DNA of 64,000 bases from Lama glama (lineage: Eukaryota), in the NCBI GenBank assembly GCA_028534125.1, contig CM052818.1, positions 45,758,001 to 45,822,000 on the forward strand, written 5' to 3'. A program made the position numbers and the translations under genes. Position 1 is the first letter of the stretch. Every line of letters begins with the position of its first letter. The notes below the pieces were generated by a model. That model searched no databases. It saw only the letters and a program-made list of their open reading frames with translations, and was not told the DNA's origin. Positions 11,927-23,330 of the stretch are shown one piece after another.

Positions 11927-13426
11927 CGGGCGGGGGCTTTCCTGGCACAGGAGCTTTGAGTTCCCACAGGGCCCAGGATGAGGCTGAGCTGGACTCTGGT
12001 AATGAGGGTCAGCAGTGGTTTGTGCAGATTGAGGTTCTTAAGCACCTAAATGCCAGCAGCTGTCACCAGCGCAGAGGCAGCCCCCAGCCCAAGGCCCCCA
12101 GTTCAGATCCCACTGCAGTGGGAGAATCACAGGTTGCTGGAGCTGGAGGGACCTCAGAGAGCGCCCAGGCTACCTTCTCATTTACATCCAAGGCCTTGGG
12201 GGCCCAGCAGGGTGACTGCCCAAGCCCCTGGCAGGGCCAGGATCCATGCCAGGCCATCTGCCTCGGGTGCAAGAATCTGGCTGCCGTGGGAAAATGCACA
12301 CGAACGTGCTTTATGAGGTGATAAAACGTTGTGTCCATGTAATTTCCTGTTACTTGTGGATTTTCTAAAAATTAACTGCTGATAGTTCACTTTTCTCAAA
12401 AACTCCTAGTTTTAAGAATCAGAGGAGCCTTTGAAAAATCATCTTATTCAATCCTTCTTATGTTTTCTGCTTCTCATTCAGCTGTGATGTGGTTTTTCAA
12501 AGCCTCCCTAGGATCTCGAGTGATGACAGGTCACACGCTCACCCTGAGCTCGGCCGGGTTCCCACGGCCCCAGCCCAGGCGCCAGGGCCCTCCCCAGGGT
12601 CCGGGTGTCTGTCCTGCGGACCCTGAGGGCCTGAGAGGCAGGCAGGCTGGCGGCCAGCTGGCTGGTGGCAGGAGCTGTGTCTGCGCTAGGCGGGGGGCTG
12701 CCACCAGGGGCTGCTGTGTCTTTGCTTTTCATCCAAACTCCCGTGCGCAGCTTCAGCAGGCTGTATTCCTGGGAGGGTGTCTAACGCATTTTGCATCTGA
12801 GAAAGTCAAGTTAAAGACTTAAACAAACTGACGAGAGGAAGGACCACACATTCAAGTCGCAGGCATGGAAACACTGGTAAAAAAAAAATGAAAGATAGAA
12901 CTGAGCCATCAGGGAAATTATAAAAGAGAGAGCATAGCCTTCCGTTTGAGTGTGGCTTTTGGGTGTACAGTCCACGTACGAGGTGGACGTGACGGACCGC
13001 GTCATCGCTGCCTGGCGGGGCTGGCAGCCTGTCCCAGGTAGTAGTGAGCAGAACAGCGCAGAGAAGTGGAAACCGGGCTGATTATGCAAATGTTTGAGTC
13101 CAATCTTGTGCTCTTCCACTCAGTTGCCCTCCTGATGGGAGAAACTATATCTGTAACAACATTTACAAAATCTGCAACAACACTTACAAAATCTGGTGAT
13201 GAAAGAAAAAGCCCCTGCGGGTGATAGCAAAAGCTGGTTCCGGCAGAAACACACAAGAGGGAACTAGCGTCCCTACTGGATGACTTCATAAAAAATAGCT
13301 GGAGGATGGTCGGGTAATAAAAGTATTACTTTTCTTCTATGTTGTCTCTGAGACTATAACCACGCCCAGTGACTGAAAACTACAGGGAGGCACGTTGGTG
13401 TCAATATAACATGAGAGAACTTCCCT

Positions 13427-13962
13427 GTGTCCCCTAGAGAATTAAAAGCAGAATCTCAGAGAGAAATCTGTGCCCCTGTGTCTATAGGAGCATTGTTCAC
13501 AATAGCTAAAAAGTGGAAGCAACCCAAGTGTCCCTTGACAGATGAATGGATAAACAAAACACGGTATATACATACAGTGGAATATTATTCAGCTTTGAAG
13601 AGGAAGGAAACTCTGACACAGGCTACAACATGGATGAACCTTGAGGGAGTTACGCTGAGTGAAATAAACCAGACAAAGGTGGACAAACATTGTAGATTCC
13701 ACTCAGGTGAGGTGTCTAAAGGAGCAGGATTCATAGAACAGAAAGGAGAATGATGGCTGCTAGGGGCTCGGGGGTGAGACTTGTTTAATGGGGGCAGAAA
13801 TTCAGTCTTGCAAGATGAAAAGAGTTTGTGAGATTGCTTGCACAACATGAATGTACTTAATACCAAATTGTACACTTAAAAATGGTTAAGATGGTACATT
13901 TTAGGTTATGTGTATTCTTACCACAATTAATTTTCTTTTAAATAAAAAGAAATTAAAAAGAA
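13427..13962 (+). mobile_element. L1 3' end (L1MA/L1MB-like), ORF2 C-terminus plus 3' UTR and A-rich tail
   Basis: Translation ALFTIAKKWKQPKCPLTDEWINK...EYYSALKRKE...ATTWMNLE is the L1 ORF2 tail; ends gtacacttaaaaatggttaagatgg...aaataaaaagaaattaaaaag. Confidence 0.9.
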
Positions 13963-14340
13963 TTGTCAGGTAGTCTGAGCTGCCCGAGCTGGAATGGGCT
14001 GCTTCAGGAGGCGGTGGAGGTGAGTGTGTGTGGACACGTGTGTGTGCGTGTGTCTGGCCCTCCTCTCCTGCCTTCATCACCCATGCCCACTTTCTGTCCC
14101 TCTGCCCCCTGCACACTCCTTGCTGACCTGGGAGTCATCTCCTCTTCATCTTCACACTCCCCAAAGGCACAGTGAGTATTCACAGAAGGATGCCCTGAAT
14201 ACTGACTCCCCACCGCAGGGCCACCAGCCGCCAGCAGCCCCCGCCAGCTCTGCGGGCGTCCTTGGGAGGAGGCCCTGCTTTGCTAAGCAGCCAGCGTGTG
14301 CAAGCATCGCAGCAGCTGGCTGGCTTCCACAGCCCACCCC

Positions 14341-14386
14341 GCTTGTGTGGCAGGACACCCAGGGCTTGTGTGGCAGGACACCCAGG
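14341..14386. repeat. 23-bp exact tandem duplication
   Basis: gcttgtgtggcaggacacccagg x2. Confidence 0.9.
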
Positions 14387-15019
14387 GTCGGCTTGCTTTT
14401 GTTTACCACCAGTCACTAATGCTTCCCTAGAAACAGGGCAGAACTGGTTTCTCAGGGAAGAAAATGCTGTTCTGGAATCCCTCATGCCTCGAAGACCAAG
14501 ACCTTCCCTGGCTCTCGCCTTTATGCTTGCGGGTTATCTTCTAGCAGGGCCGTGTCAGAGGCTGCTCTGGACCAGACGTTGGTTCAGATGTCCACAGTGG
14601 TGTTTACTGGTCACTTACACAACAGGCATTATATTAAGGATCAGACAGACAGACAGACAGACAATCTCACTGCTGCCCTGAAGGCCAAGTCCCTGTTACA
14701 CAGATGCGTAAACCCAGGCTCACAGAGCCTCGCAGCTCACCCAAAGGCACATCTTTATTAAATGGCAGAACTGATATCTGAACCCTTTTCCGTGTTATGC
14801 TGTTTTTACTCTGTTATGCCAACTGTTATATAGATAAACCAAGGTTATAGCTACCCGTCAGCTTGACATTCAGGTCAATTCAGGAACGATTTCGTGTTTT
14901 TTATGTGCCCAGCTTGGGACTGGTAAGCCTGGGGGGTAAAAAAGTCTTGTTGGGGAGGATTAACTAATGTTCACACGTTATTAGAGACAGCAGAGCATAT
15001 AAGATGGCATGTGACAGAA

Positions 15020-15190
15020 ATGACAATAGCTGATATTTAGTGAACACTTATTAAGTGCCAAACACTTGGTAATCACGTTCAAAATCTCACAGTAAACTTG
15101 TTTTGCAGATGAGAAAACTGCTGCGTAGAAAGGTTAGGGATGCTGCCCAAATCACACCGCTGCTGGGGCAGAGCTGAATCTGTCCTTTTC
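15020..15190 (-). mobile_element. MIR SINE relic
   Basis: aatagctgatatttagtgaacacttattaagtgccaaacact...ttttgcagatgagaaaactg...aaggttaggga tgctgcccaaatcacac. Confidence 0.6.
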
Positions 15191-15759
15191 AGAATTCTCG
15201 CTCAGGACTGTCATCCCGCCACCCCTCTGTGGCTATATAGGTGTTTAAAGCCCCTGACTCTGGGCTCCTGTTATTTTGCTGATTGTTAATGTGTCTGAGA
15301 CCTACTGCTCTAGTGACATTGCCCCTTGAGAGCAGAGGGTGTATGTATCCCCATGGCAGCTGACGCAGCGCTGGGCACACCGGGGTGCTGAGTAAACACC
15401 CAGTGATTGATTAATCCCTGGGACTAAGCCTCAGAATCGGAGGATGGAGGGAGACTTTAAAAGAGGATTTGGAGAGAATGCAAGCAGTTTCCTCTGGGGG
15501 CAAAAGCCCGATCCTGTCTACTGGCAGCGTAGGGTTCTGTGTGGAGGGAGCACGATGGGAAAGTTTATGTTGCTCTACTAGTAAAAGGAAAAAACCAAAA
15601 CATTTAACCCTCCCCAGTGCCTGCAGAATAAGTCAGAATAAGACTATTGATGAATAGTTTATTTAGGGTTTGTATTTTCTGTCTCCCATTTCTTTTTTTT
15701 AACCTGTGAGATAACTTTATTTTTGTTTATTTTTATTGAAGTATAGTCGGTTTTCAAAT

Positions 15760-15965
15760 TGTGTCAAAGTCTGATGTTCTCCCATTTCTTTGTCTTTTTG
15801 TGCTGCCTCCAGAGAGGATCTCTCACTTTGATCTTCCAGGTAATTGATTTTCTCTTCAGCTGTGTCTAGTTTACTACTCAGACCATCTACTGAGATTTTA
15901 CTTTCTTCCATCATATGTGTCATTTCCAAAATCTTTAGCTGGTTATTCTTCACAACAGCTTATTC
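15760..15965 (-). mobile_element. Ancient L1 ORF1 (coiled-coil) fragment
   Basis: Minus-strand translation NNQLKILEMTHMMEESKISVDGLSSKLDTAEEKINYLEDQSE resembles the L1 ORF1p coiled coil; truncated by the gap. Confidence 0.7.
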
Positions 15966-16465
15966 NNNNNNNNNNNNNNNNNNNNNNNNNNNNNNNNNNN
16001 NNNNNNNNNNNNNNNNNNNNNNNNNNNNNNNNNNNNNNNNNNNNNNNNNNNNNNNNNNNNNNNNNNNNNNNNNNNNNNNNNNNNNNNNNNNNNNNNNNNN
16101 NNNNNNNNNNNNNNNNNNNNNNNNNNNNNNNNNNNNNNNNNNNNNNNNNNNNNNNNNNNNNNNNNNNNNNNNNNNNNNNNNNNNNNNNNNNNNNNNNNNN
16201 NNNNNNNNNNNNNNNNNNNNNNNNNNNNNNNNNNNNNNNNNNNNNNNNNNNNNNNNNNNNNNNNNNNNNNNNNNNNNNNNNNNNNNNNNNNNNNNNNNNN
16301 NNNNNNNNNNNNNNNNNNNNNNNNNNNNNNNNNNNNNNNNNNNNNNNNNNNNNNNNNNNNNNNNNNNNNNNNNNNNNNNNNNNNNNNNNNNNNNNNNNNN
16401 NNNNNNNNNNNNNNNNNNNNNNNNNNNNNNNNNNNNNNNNNNNNNNNNNNNNNNNNNNNNNNNNN
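15966..16465. other. Assembly gap (500 N)
   Basis: Run of 500 n. Confidence 1.
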
Positions 16466-16769
16466 AGCCTCCGATGATGTTTTTTCCACAGTGGGAGTTG
16501 GTTTTCCCTCCCACTGGCTCTCCCAGCACTTTATAACTCGGTTACAGAATTTATCACCTGGCATTGCATTTCATTTTTCTATCTCTCCCCATGAGCTGTG
16601 AGCTCCTTGAAGACTGGGTTCTGGACAGCTGCACTCTATCCTCTAGGGCTCTGCTTGTGCCAGTGGGGGGTCTTGTGCACAAGGTAGGGTGACATCCAGC
16701 TGGGCTGTGGCCTTGCTCAGCTTCATGGGTCCAAGGCTGGTATCCACAATGCCCTCACGTGACTTACAT

Positions 16770-18430
16770 TGGGGAACACGGTGAGGAAAGTTATCAGACA
16801 AACCCCTCTGCTGAAAACAACTTAATATACTGGATTAAATTTAATGTGGTCAGCGTGTCATTCAAGCGCTAAGTAGCTGATGAGATAGTGAGGAATTATC
16901 AGCCCAGGTCCAAGAAAGGCAAAATCCAGAGAGGTAGGTGAGAAAGTGGGTTGTGTTTGCCTCAGGTGACCTTGCGCTTTGGGTCTGATGGTGTCCAGGA
17001 CTGAAGGGAACAGAATTTAGGGCCCGATGGAAGTAAGGGTCTAATAGGAGGTCCCTCTTCAAAAATCCAAGACCCTCAGCGGACTGCAAGGAAAGGTGTC
17101 ACCGCACAGAACAGTGCAGGAGGGTAGAAAAGCCTCCATCTAGCTGCCTCTTATGTTTGTAGCTCCAGTTCCCATCACCTAGGTGGTCCACAACACCTGA
17201 ACGCATGGATTTAATTTCAAGTGGTCCCAGACCGGGAGTGCCCCCTGGTGCCTGGACAAAGCAAATGCATGTCCTCTCTGGAGAAGTCCTGTTCATCCTG
17301 GGTCTCAGAGAATAGTCACAGAGAGTTTTCAAGGATGATGAGCATCAAACAATAAAAAAAATCACCAACCACCCAGAGAACCAAGTGAAAACTAAAACAA
17401 TAGACAACAAAAGTAGACCAATGAAGACTTCAGTTATTTGGATTCCCAGACACAGATTATGATCAACTATGTTTATTTTGTTTAAGGGAAATACCTGTAA
17501 AGGACAAGGACCTCTAGAAAGTGACCCAGGATGTTTTAGAAGGAGCCAAATAGAACTTGTAGAAATGGAAAATACAATAAACAAAATTAAAGATGCTGAT
17601 GGTTAACAGGAGGTTAGAGAGAGGTGAAGACAGGATCAGTGCCCTGGAAGACAGAGCTGAGGAAATGACCTGCACACAGCACAGAGAGACTAGGGTCTGA
17701 TAAAGGATCTCAATCCTGAGAACTTGAGAAGAGGCCACAGCAGACCTAGAATTAGTTTTGAAACAACGGGAACCTTCTGTTTCCATTCAGGAATAAGACC
17801 AAAATGCCTGTTATCATAATTTCTTTTCAAGATAGTACTGGAAGTCCTAGCCAGTGCAGAAGGGCTTGGGGGAAAATGCATAAGGACCAGAAAGGGAAAA
17901 ACCAATGGCTATTATTTCCAGATAATGTGAGCAGGAGCAAAGAAAGTCCAAAAAGAATCTATAAATAAATTATTAAGACTAATAAGAGAATTTAGGAAGA
18001 CTGATGAACACAATGTGTATTTCAAGCATATTGTTTCATGCAGAAACAAGCAGGTAGAAAGTAAAATTTTATTTTGAAAAAGATAACATCAAGTATCTGG
18101 GAACTGGTCTAAAAAGAGACATGCATGCTCTCTGCCGGGAAAATAATAAGACTTCTTAAAAGACACTAGAGAAATCCTAAATGAATGCAGAAATATTCCC
18201 TGTTTATAAATCGGAAGACTTATTATTGTAAAGATAACAAGTCCCTCTAAAATGATCTGTATATTAATTTAACCCCAACAAAATCCCCAAGAGGGACAAG
18301 CTAACTGCAATACATATACATGGAAGTGCAAAGAACAAGGAGGAGTCCAGGCTTCTAAGCTGTGGTAACTGAGACAGTGGAGCTGGCACGGGACAGGCAT
18401 AGACCATTGGAAGAGTTTGCTGACAGTAGT
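16770..18430 (+). mobile_element. Ancient L1 (L1ME-like) remnants: 5' region, ORF1 and ORF2 pieces
   Basis: ORF1-like agccaaatagaacttgtagaaatggaaaatacaataaacaaaattaaa...gaagacaggatcagtgccctggaagacag; ORF2-like tcaggaataagaccaaaatgcc...atagtactggaagtcctagccagtgca and ggaagacttattattgtaaagat; approximate. Confidence 0.7.
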
Positions 18431-18801
18431 GTGATATCTGGGCACCTTGGATTTGGAGGAGGTGCAGCAGAGCAGCGGGGCCGGCTGCCAGGCAGCGCTT
18501 AGATGGAGATCAAGACCTCCACTCCTAGAGCGAGAGATGGGGGCGTGCTGGCCAGGTAGCTGCTGGGAGGCAGGGAGTCTCTTGGTGTCAGCTTTGTTAG
18601 TCACTCCCCTCTCCCAGCCTCAGCTTTCCCCCCATAAAACAGGTGGGTGAACTAGAGAGCAGTGGCTTTCCACTTCCCAGCTCTGGTTTATTTGGTCCCG
18701 AGTTGAACGCGGTGGCCACCATCTGTCAGCAGAGACTCAGAGCAAAGGCAAGCTGCACCACTGACAACCTTCTGATGTCTCTTCCTCTTGTGCTTCTCAA
18801 G

Positions 18802-18857
18802 GTGTCCCCGAAACAGAGCACCGAAGACCACCCAGGGAACAGCAGTGCCTCCTCCGA
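18802..18857 (+). CDS. CYS1: Cystin-1, coding exon 2 (56 nt)
   Basis: Acceptor cttcctcttgtgcttctcaag|, donor ga|gtaagt; encodes VSPKQSTEDHPGNSSASS+E, like the recalled human VCAEQSTEGHPGSGNVSE; phases 0 and 2 fit the neighbouring exons. Confidence 0.92.
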
Positions 18858-20839
18858 GTAAGTATGGGGGAAGCACATCCCTGGCAGAAGTCACAGCTAC
18901 CCTGCCCCCAAGCCTCCCCTCCCCCTCCCCCATCCTCTCATCCCGCCCCCGCCCTCACTCGTTCCATCTGTATGCAGTGGCCCATCTGTCAATGCGGCAC
19001 AGTCCTTATCCTTCAGGAGTTTACAGCCTAGAGGAGTGACAGGGGTGTCCCCCATTGTCTCATCACAGCAATAGCAGGTAAATACACTTAAAATTCCCGG
19101 AAAGTGTCAGCTGAGGACCCCAGGCCCAGAGGCCAGGCCTTCTCTGTCTGCACGGCCCTGGGCCTCGTGAGGATTCTGGGGCCCTAGGAGCAGCCAGCAC
19201 CAGGAGGCTGGGCTGCGATGACCTTGGGCCCTTGGCTCTCTCATCTCTAATGGGGTCACAGTGGTCTGGTCACTGGGATGTAGGTGACTGTGGTGCTTGA
19301 GATCATAGGTTTGGAAAGCTGTGAAAATTCTGGCCTGTGGAGGGGAAACAGGGATTCTGGAGCCTTCTGTCTGTAGCTGCTGCTGAAATTCACTTGCTAT
19401 TTATTCTGCCTGTGCTGGTGGGATGCCTCCTGGAAGCCAGGCCCCAGGCCAGCCTCCGTCTTCCCAATGAGTAGACTGAGCTCCAAGGTGTGATCTGCCC
19501 AAAGTCAAAGGGATAGTAAGTTCTAGACACAACAGACAGCACAGATGACTCAGGCCCCATGTAGCACGTGGGTCTGCAGCTCTCTCTTCTGGGAGAGAAC
19601 TGATCTTTTTTTTTTTTTTTTTTAAATATACGACTTCAGGGATCTCTGACATAGTGAATTATAATTTAAACAATGATCCATTTCTTGACCCTCAGTCCCT
19701 TAGTATCCATCCCTCCTTTTTGATGTCGTGCTCCCCTCCTCAAGTAGGGGGAGACCCCATCTGGGTCTCCAGGCTCCCCCAGGGCCGCTGGCAGACACAA
19801 TGTTGCCTGTCAGACAGGCCAGGGTGGCATGAAGCCAAATGGAGCCCTGCCTGCTGTGGCTGCAAAGCCAACCAGGGGGCCACTCCTGTCAGCCTCCTTC
19901 TCCCAGCCTTGCCCCCTTTACCCAGCTCTCCCCGGTGTCCCATTTGCAGGGAGTGTCGGGTGCCCGGCGAGAAAGGCCTTGCTGAGTCCATGCGGCAGGT
20001 GAGGAGGATCTGCTGCAGGCAGGTCACTGTGTGGCCAGGGGCAAGGCATTTCTCCCCGACTACAAAGAGGGGGCTGGCCTGGTGACCCCAGCGGAGCTGT
20101 GCAGGCGGCATGTGTCATTCCTGGGCATGCGGAGGTGGAGTCCCACTGTTAGACCCTCATCCTTCCTGTTCGGTGCTGGGGGGCCTGTTAGGTTGCACAC
20201 GCCCCTCGGTGACAGCCCTGTGGCCCAGAGTCCAGCTCCAGCTCTGCATCCCGGGAGAACAGACAGGATCCTGGAGGCTGTTCTCTGAATGTCAGTCGGG
20301 AGCATGACGGCAGTGATCAGATGGGCCTAGAGAGCGTCCAGCCCAGCCCCCAGGCTCACACAGCAGCAGGTCTCCGGCTGGCAGGAGGGAGGTCACTGTC
20401 CCGTACCTGACAGTGGGCAGCTCTGGCCTAACTCTCCCGACCGTCTCGGGAGCTGCAGGCTTTGCACCCCCTTCAGAGGCAGCCCCTCCAGCTGGTAGCA
20501 CCCAACTTGGCCCAGGCTCCACACCTGCCCACCTGTCAAAGGTGCTATTGGGGGCCAGACCAGGGCCAGGCACAGGTTGCCACCGCCATGGGGCAGCCTG
20601 AAGGACAGGGAAGTTTGGGGGCACCCTGTGAGCACCACCCCAAAGTCCCAACAAAGTCCAGAAAGCCAGAGAGGAGGTGGGCAGCCAGGTCCAGGCTGGT
20701 AGGTACACTGCCTGGAGGGCTGCAGGGTGGCCAGGGTCCCGATGCCCCATCCTGTCCTGTAGCAGAAGCAGCTCCCGTGAGACCCCCAAGGGTGCAGGCG
20801 CAGGGATACGTCAGGCAAATGGATATCTCAACACAGCTC

Positions 20840-21000
20840 ACTTTGCTGAGGGCTGTGCAGGATGCAAGATTTGGTGTCACATGCTGCACACACATTATCT
20901 TATTTATGCCTCAGAATGAACTTAGGAATACAGCCCCACTTAAGAGAAAAAAAATTGTCACTGAGCTAGTTCGTGGCAGAGCTGGGATTCAAACGGGGTC
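20840..21000 (-). mobile_element. MIR relic
   Basis: cacattatcttatttatgcctcagaatgaac...gagctagttcgtggcagagctgggattcaaac. Confidence 0.5.
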
Positions 21001-21269
21001 TCTCCACCCCAAGGGCCCTCACCCTTACACACTGCAGGCCCTGGCTGCGTTGCAGGGTAAGGTGGATAATGCTGGGGAGATAAAAGCAGAGACTCAGGCA
21101 AGGGCTGCTCACAGAAGAGACTGAGTGTCCCCAGGGCCAAGGTTTTCAGTTTGGGTACTAGGACGGATCAGAGTTCCATGCAGGGGCCGCAGTGGTTGTC
21201 CAGGAGAGATGCTGAGTTGGAAGGTACCATCTTACCTCCTGACACTGTGTCTGTGTTTCTCACCCACAG

Positions 21270-21375
21270 AGCCCCAGGCAGCTGCTACACAAGGCCCGAG
21301 AGGCAGTTGGCCATCACGTATGACCAGTCCGAGGAGGAGCTGATGGCCAGCATCGAGCAGGAGTTCTGCAGCTGA
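21270..21375 (+). CDS. CYS1: Cystin-1, coding exon 3 (C-terminus, stop TGA)
   Basis: Acceptor tgtttctcacccacag|; GA+A completes Glu, then APGSCYTRPERQLAITYDQSEEELMASIEQEFCS*, matching the cystin C-terminal YDxSEExLMASIE motif. Joined CDS is 501 nt = 166 aa + stop. Confidence 0.95.
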
Positions 21376-23330
21376 GCCGGGCAGGGCAGCAGCCGCGAGT
21401 TACCCCGCAGCCAACGCGCCGCTCCTCCCAGACCCCGCCCCACCTGATGTGGGGCTCTTAGGAACCTGGGCTGGGGGCGCACATCCCCCTGCCCCGCCCG
21501 CGGCTCACTGGAGCTGAGCCATCTCCAACATGCAGTTCCTCCCGGATCTTTCACTACTGGCCTTTTCAAATCCAGATTCAGACGGTCCTGCATGTGACTG
21601 GCTACTGGCCATCACACTTGCTGGCAAGAGGTGGTCAGCTGTGCAGACCCAGGCCAGAAGGAAGGTGCAGGTGCCGCCCCACAGGTACGTGGGCAGCTGA
21701 TCTACCAGATCCCTGCCCCCCGCCCTGGTCTCTGCAGAGGGCCTGTCTACAAGGTTCTCCTGGATCTTGAAATGCTTCCCCTTTCTGACGACCCACTCAC
21801 CACTGGATCCGAAGAAGGCTCATTAGCTGAGTGTGGCTCAGACAGGATGCCCTAGGGCCTCTCACCCACGTCCTGCAGCATCTCAGGAAGCTTCCCCTCT
21901 GGAGGGCACACCCAGGAGGTCTGCTCTCCCCAGCTGTAGGGGGTCAACCCCAGTTCTGCAAATGAATTACCAGGAGATGTTGTTGAAGTGCAGATTCTGA
22001 TTCTGTGGGTCTGGGGCGGGGGCCAGAGAGCCTGCATTTCTAAGCAGCTCCCAGGTGAGACCCCGGCTGCTGGATCCCAGTCTGAGCTTTAAGCCTGGCT
22101 GACTCTTCCTTCCCCGACGCTGGAGGCTGCTCAGAGCCACAGCCCACCTACCTCCCCTGAGAGAGGCCCTGCCCCTGCAGTGGGTATGGTGGCATGGGAG
22201 CCGGAGACCCCAGTTCTGATCCTCCCTGTCGCACTAACTCGCAGGCACTCTCCTCTCTGGGCCTCAGTTTCCTTCTCTAGAAGGTGAGTCCTGCAGGCTC
22301 TTCAGGCGCTCCCATCTCTGGTCATCCAGGATGACACAATCCCAGGCTTCCCTGGTCTCTGCTGTTCGCCCCACCCCCACCCCGGGGCACAGGACTGCCT
22401 TCCCTGCTGAGGGTGAGCAGCAGCCCCACTGGGAAAGGGTCTTCAGGGCCACCTGCTCTTCCCACCGGGAGAAGGTAGCAAATCACAGCGTGAGGCAGGA
22501 GAGCCTTAAGACATTCTGAGCTGACAAATGAGAAAGCCGGCTAGCCATCCAGTCACGTGAGTCAGGCAGGGCCCGAAGGAGAACCGCAGCCTGACTGGAA
22601 GGCAGGCTTGTGCCCTGGGCCCAGAGTGGCTGCTCTGGGAAAGCTCAGGGGGGCGAGCAGTCAGAGCATTTGGGAGGCCAGGTCCGCGGAGCAGCTGGTG
22701 AGGACGTCGGTACATGGGGGCATGGAGGGGACAGTCGCTTCCCCCCAGCCAGAATAGGTCTCAGCTCGTCTTGTGTTTGCCACCAACATATTGGCCTCCC
22801 CGGCATCACCTGCAAATCCAAGAGCATCTCAGAAACAGAGAACCAGCCACTTGGTACTGCTCCCAGACCCACAGGGCTGTGGCCGAAATGGCCACATGGC
22901 TGTTTTCACGAACCTCTATGACTTGACAAGACTGCCTTTGATCAGAACCACTGCTGGGAGGTTTTAACTTCAGAGTCAGAGCACCTTCCATCTCTCAGGG
23001 TTCGCTCAGAACCTCCCCAAAGAGAGCTATTTCTCATCTAAGCCCAAACCATTTCTTTTGATATAAAGATTAAAGCCATTACTATTTTAATAATACAATA
23101 CTTCTTTTAAAAGAAGTTAAAATTTTCTTACCATTAAGTCAGGCCTTGAATTTAATGATGTAAAATGTTTATAATTTTACATCATTAATTTACAGTTACA
23201 ATTTTCCATCACCAATTTGGTAAAATGGAACATGTTCAGTGAGAAAGACGATACCTTGCACTTTCCAGTGGCAACCTCATAAAACCCGTAATGAGATAAA
23301 AGTGTTAAGAAATTCTTTATGTCCTTACAG
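21376..23330 (+). other. CYS1: Probable CYS1 3' UTR
   Basis: Follows the stop codon and ends in an AT-rich block with variant poly(A) signals ATTAAA 23069-23074 and GATAAA 23295-23300; exact end is inferred. Confidence 0.5.
21930..22090. mobile_element. MER5A-like hAT DNA transposon relic
   Basis: gaattaccaggagatgttgttgaagtgcagattctgattctgtgggtctggggcgggggccagagagcctgcatttctaagcagctcccaggtga matches the MER5A pattern. Confidence 0.7.

Noticed and set aside
13427..13753. 108-aa ORF with a protein-like sequence
   Set aside because: Remnant of the L1 ORF2 C-terminus, not a host gene
11882..14386. Short direct repeats as a possible CRISPR-like array
   Set aside because: Adjacent tandem copies with no unique spacers and no cas genes; eukaryotic intron
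15717..16564. Coiled-coil ORF and long ORFs spanning the N run
   Set aside because: L1 ORF1 relic plus artefacts of translating through Ns
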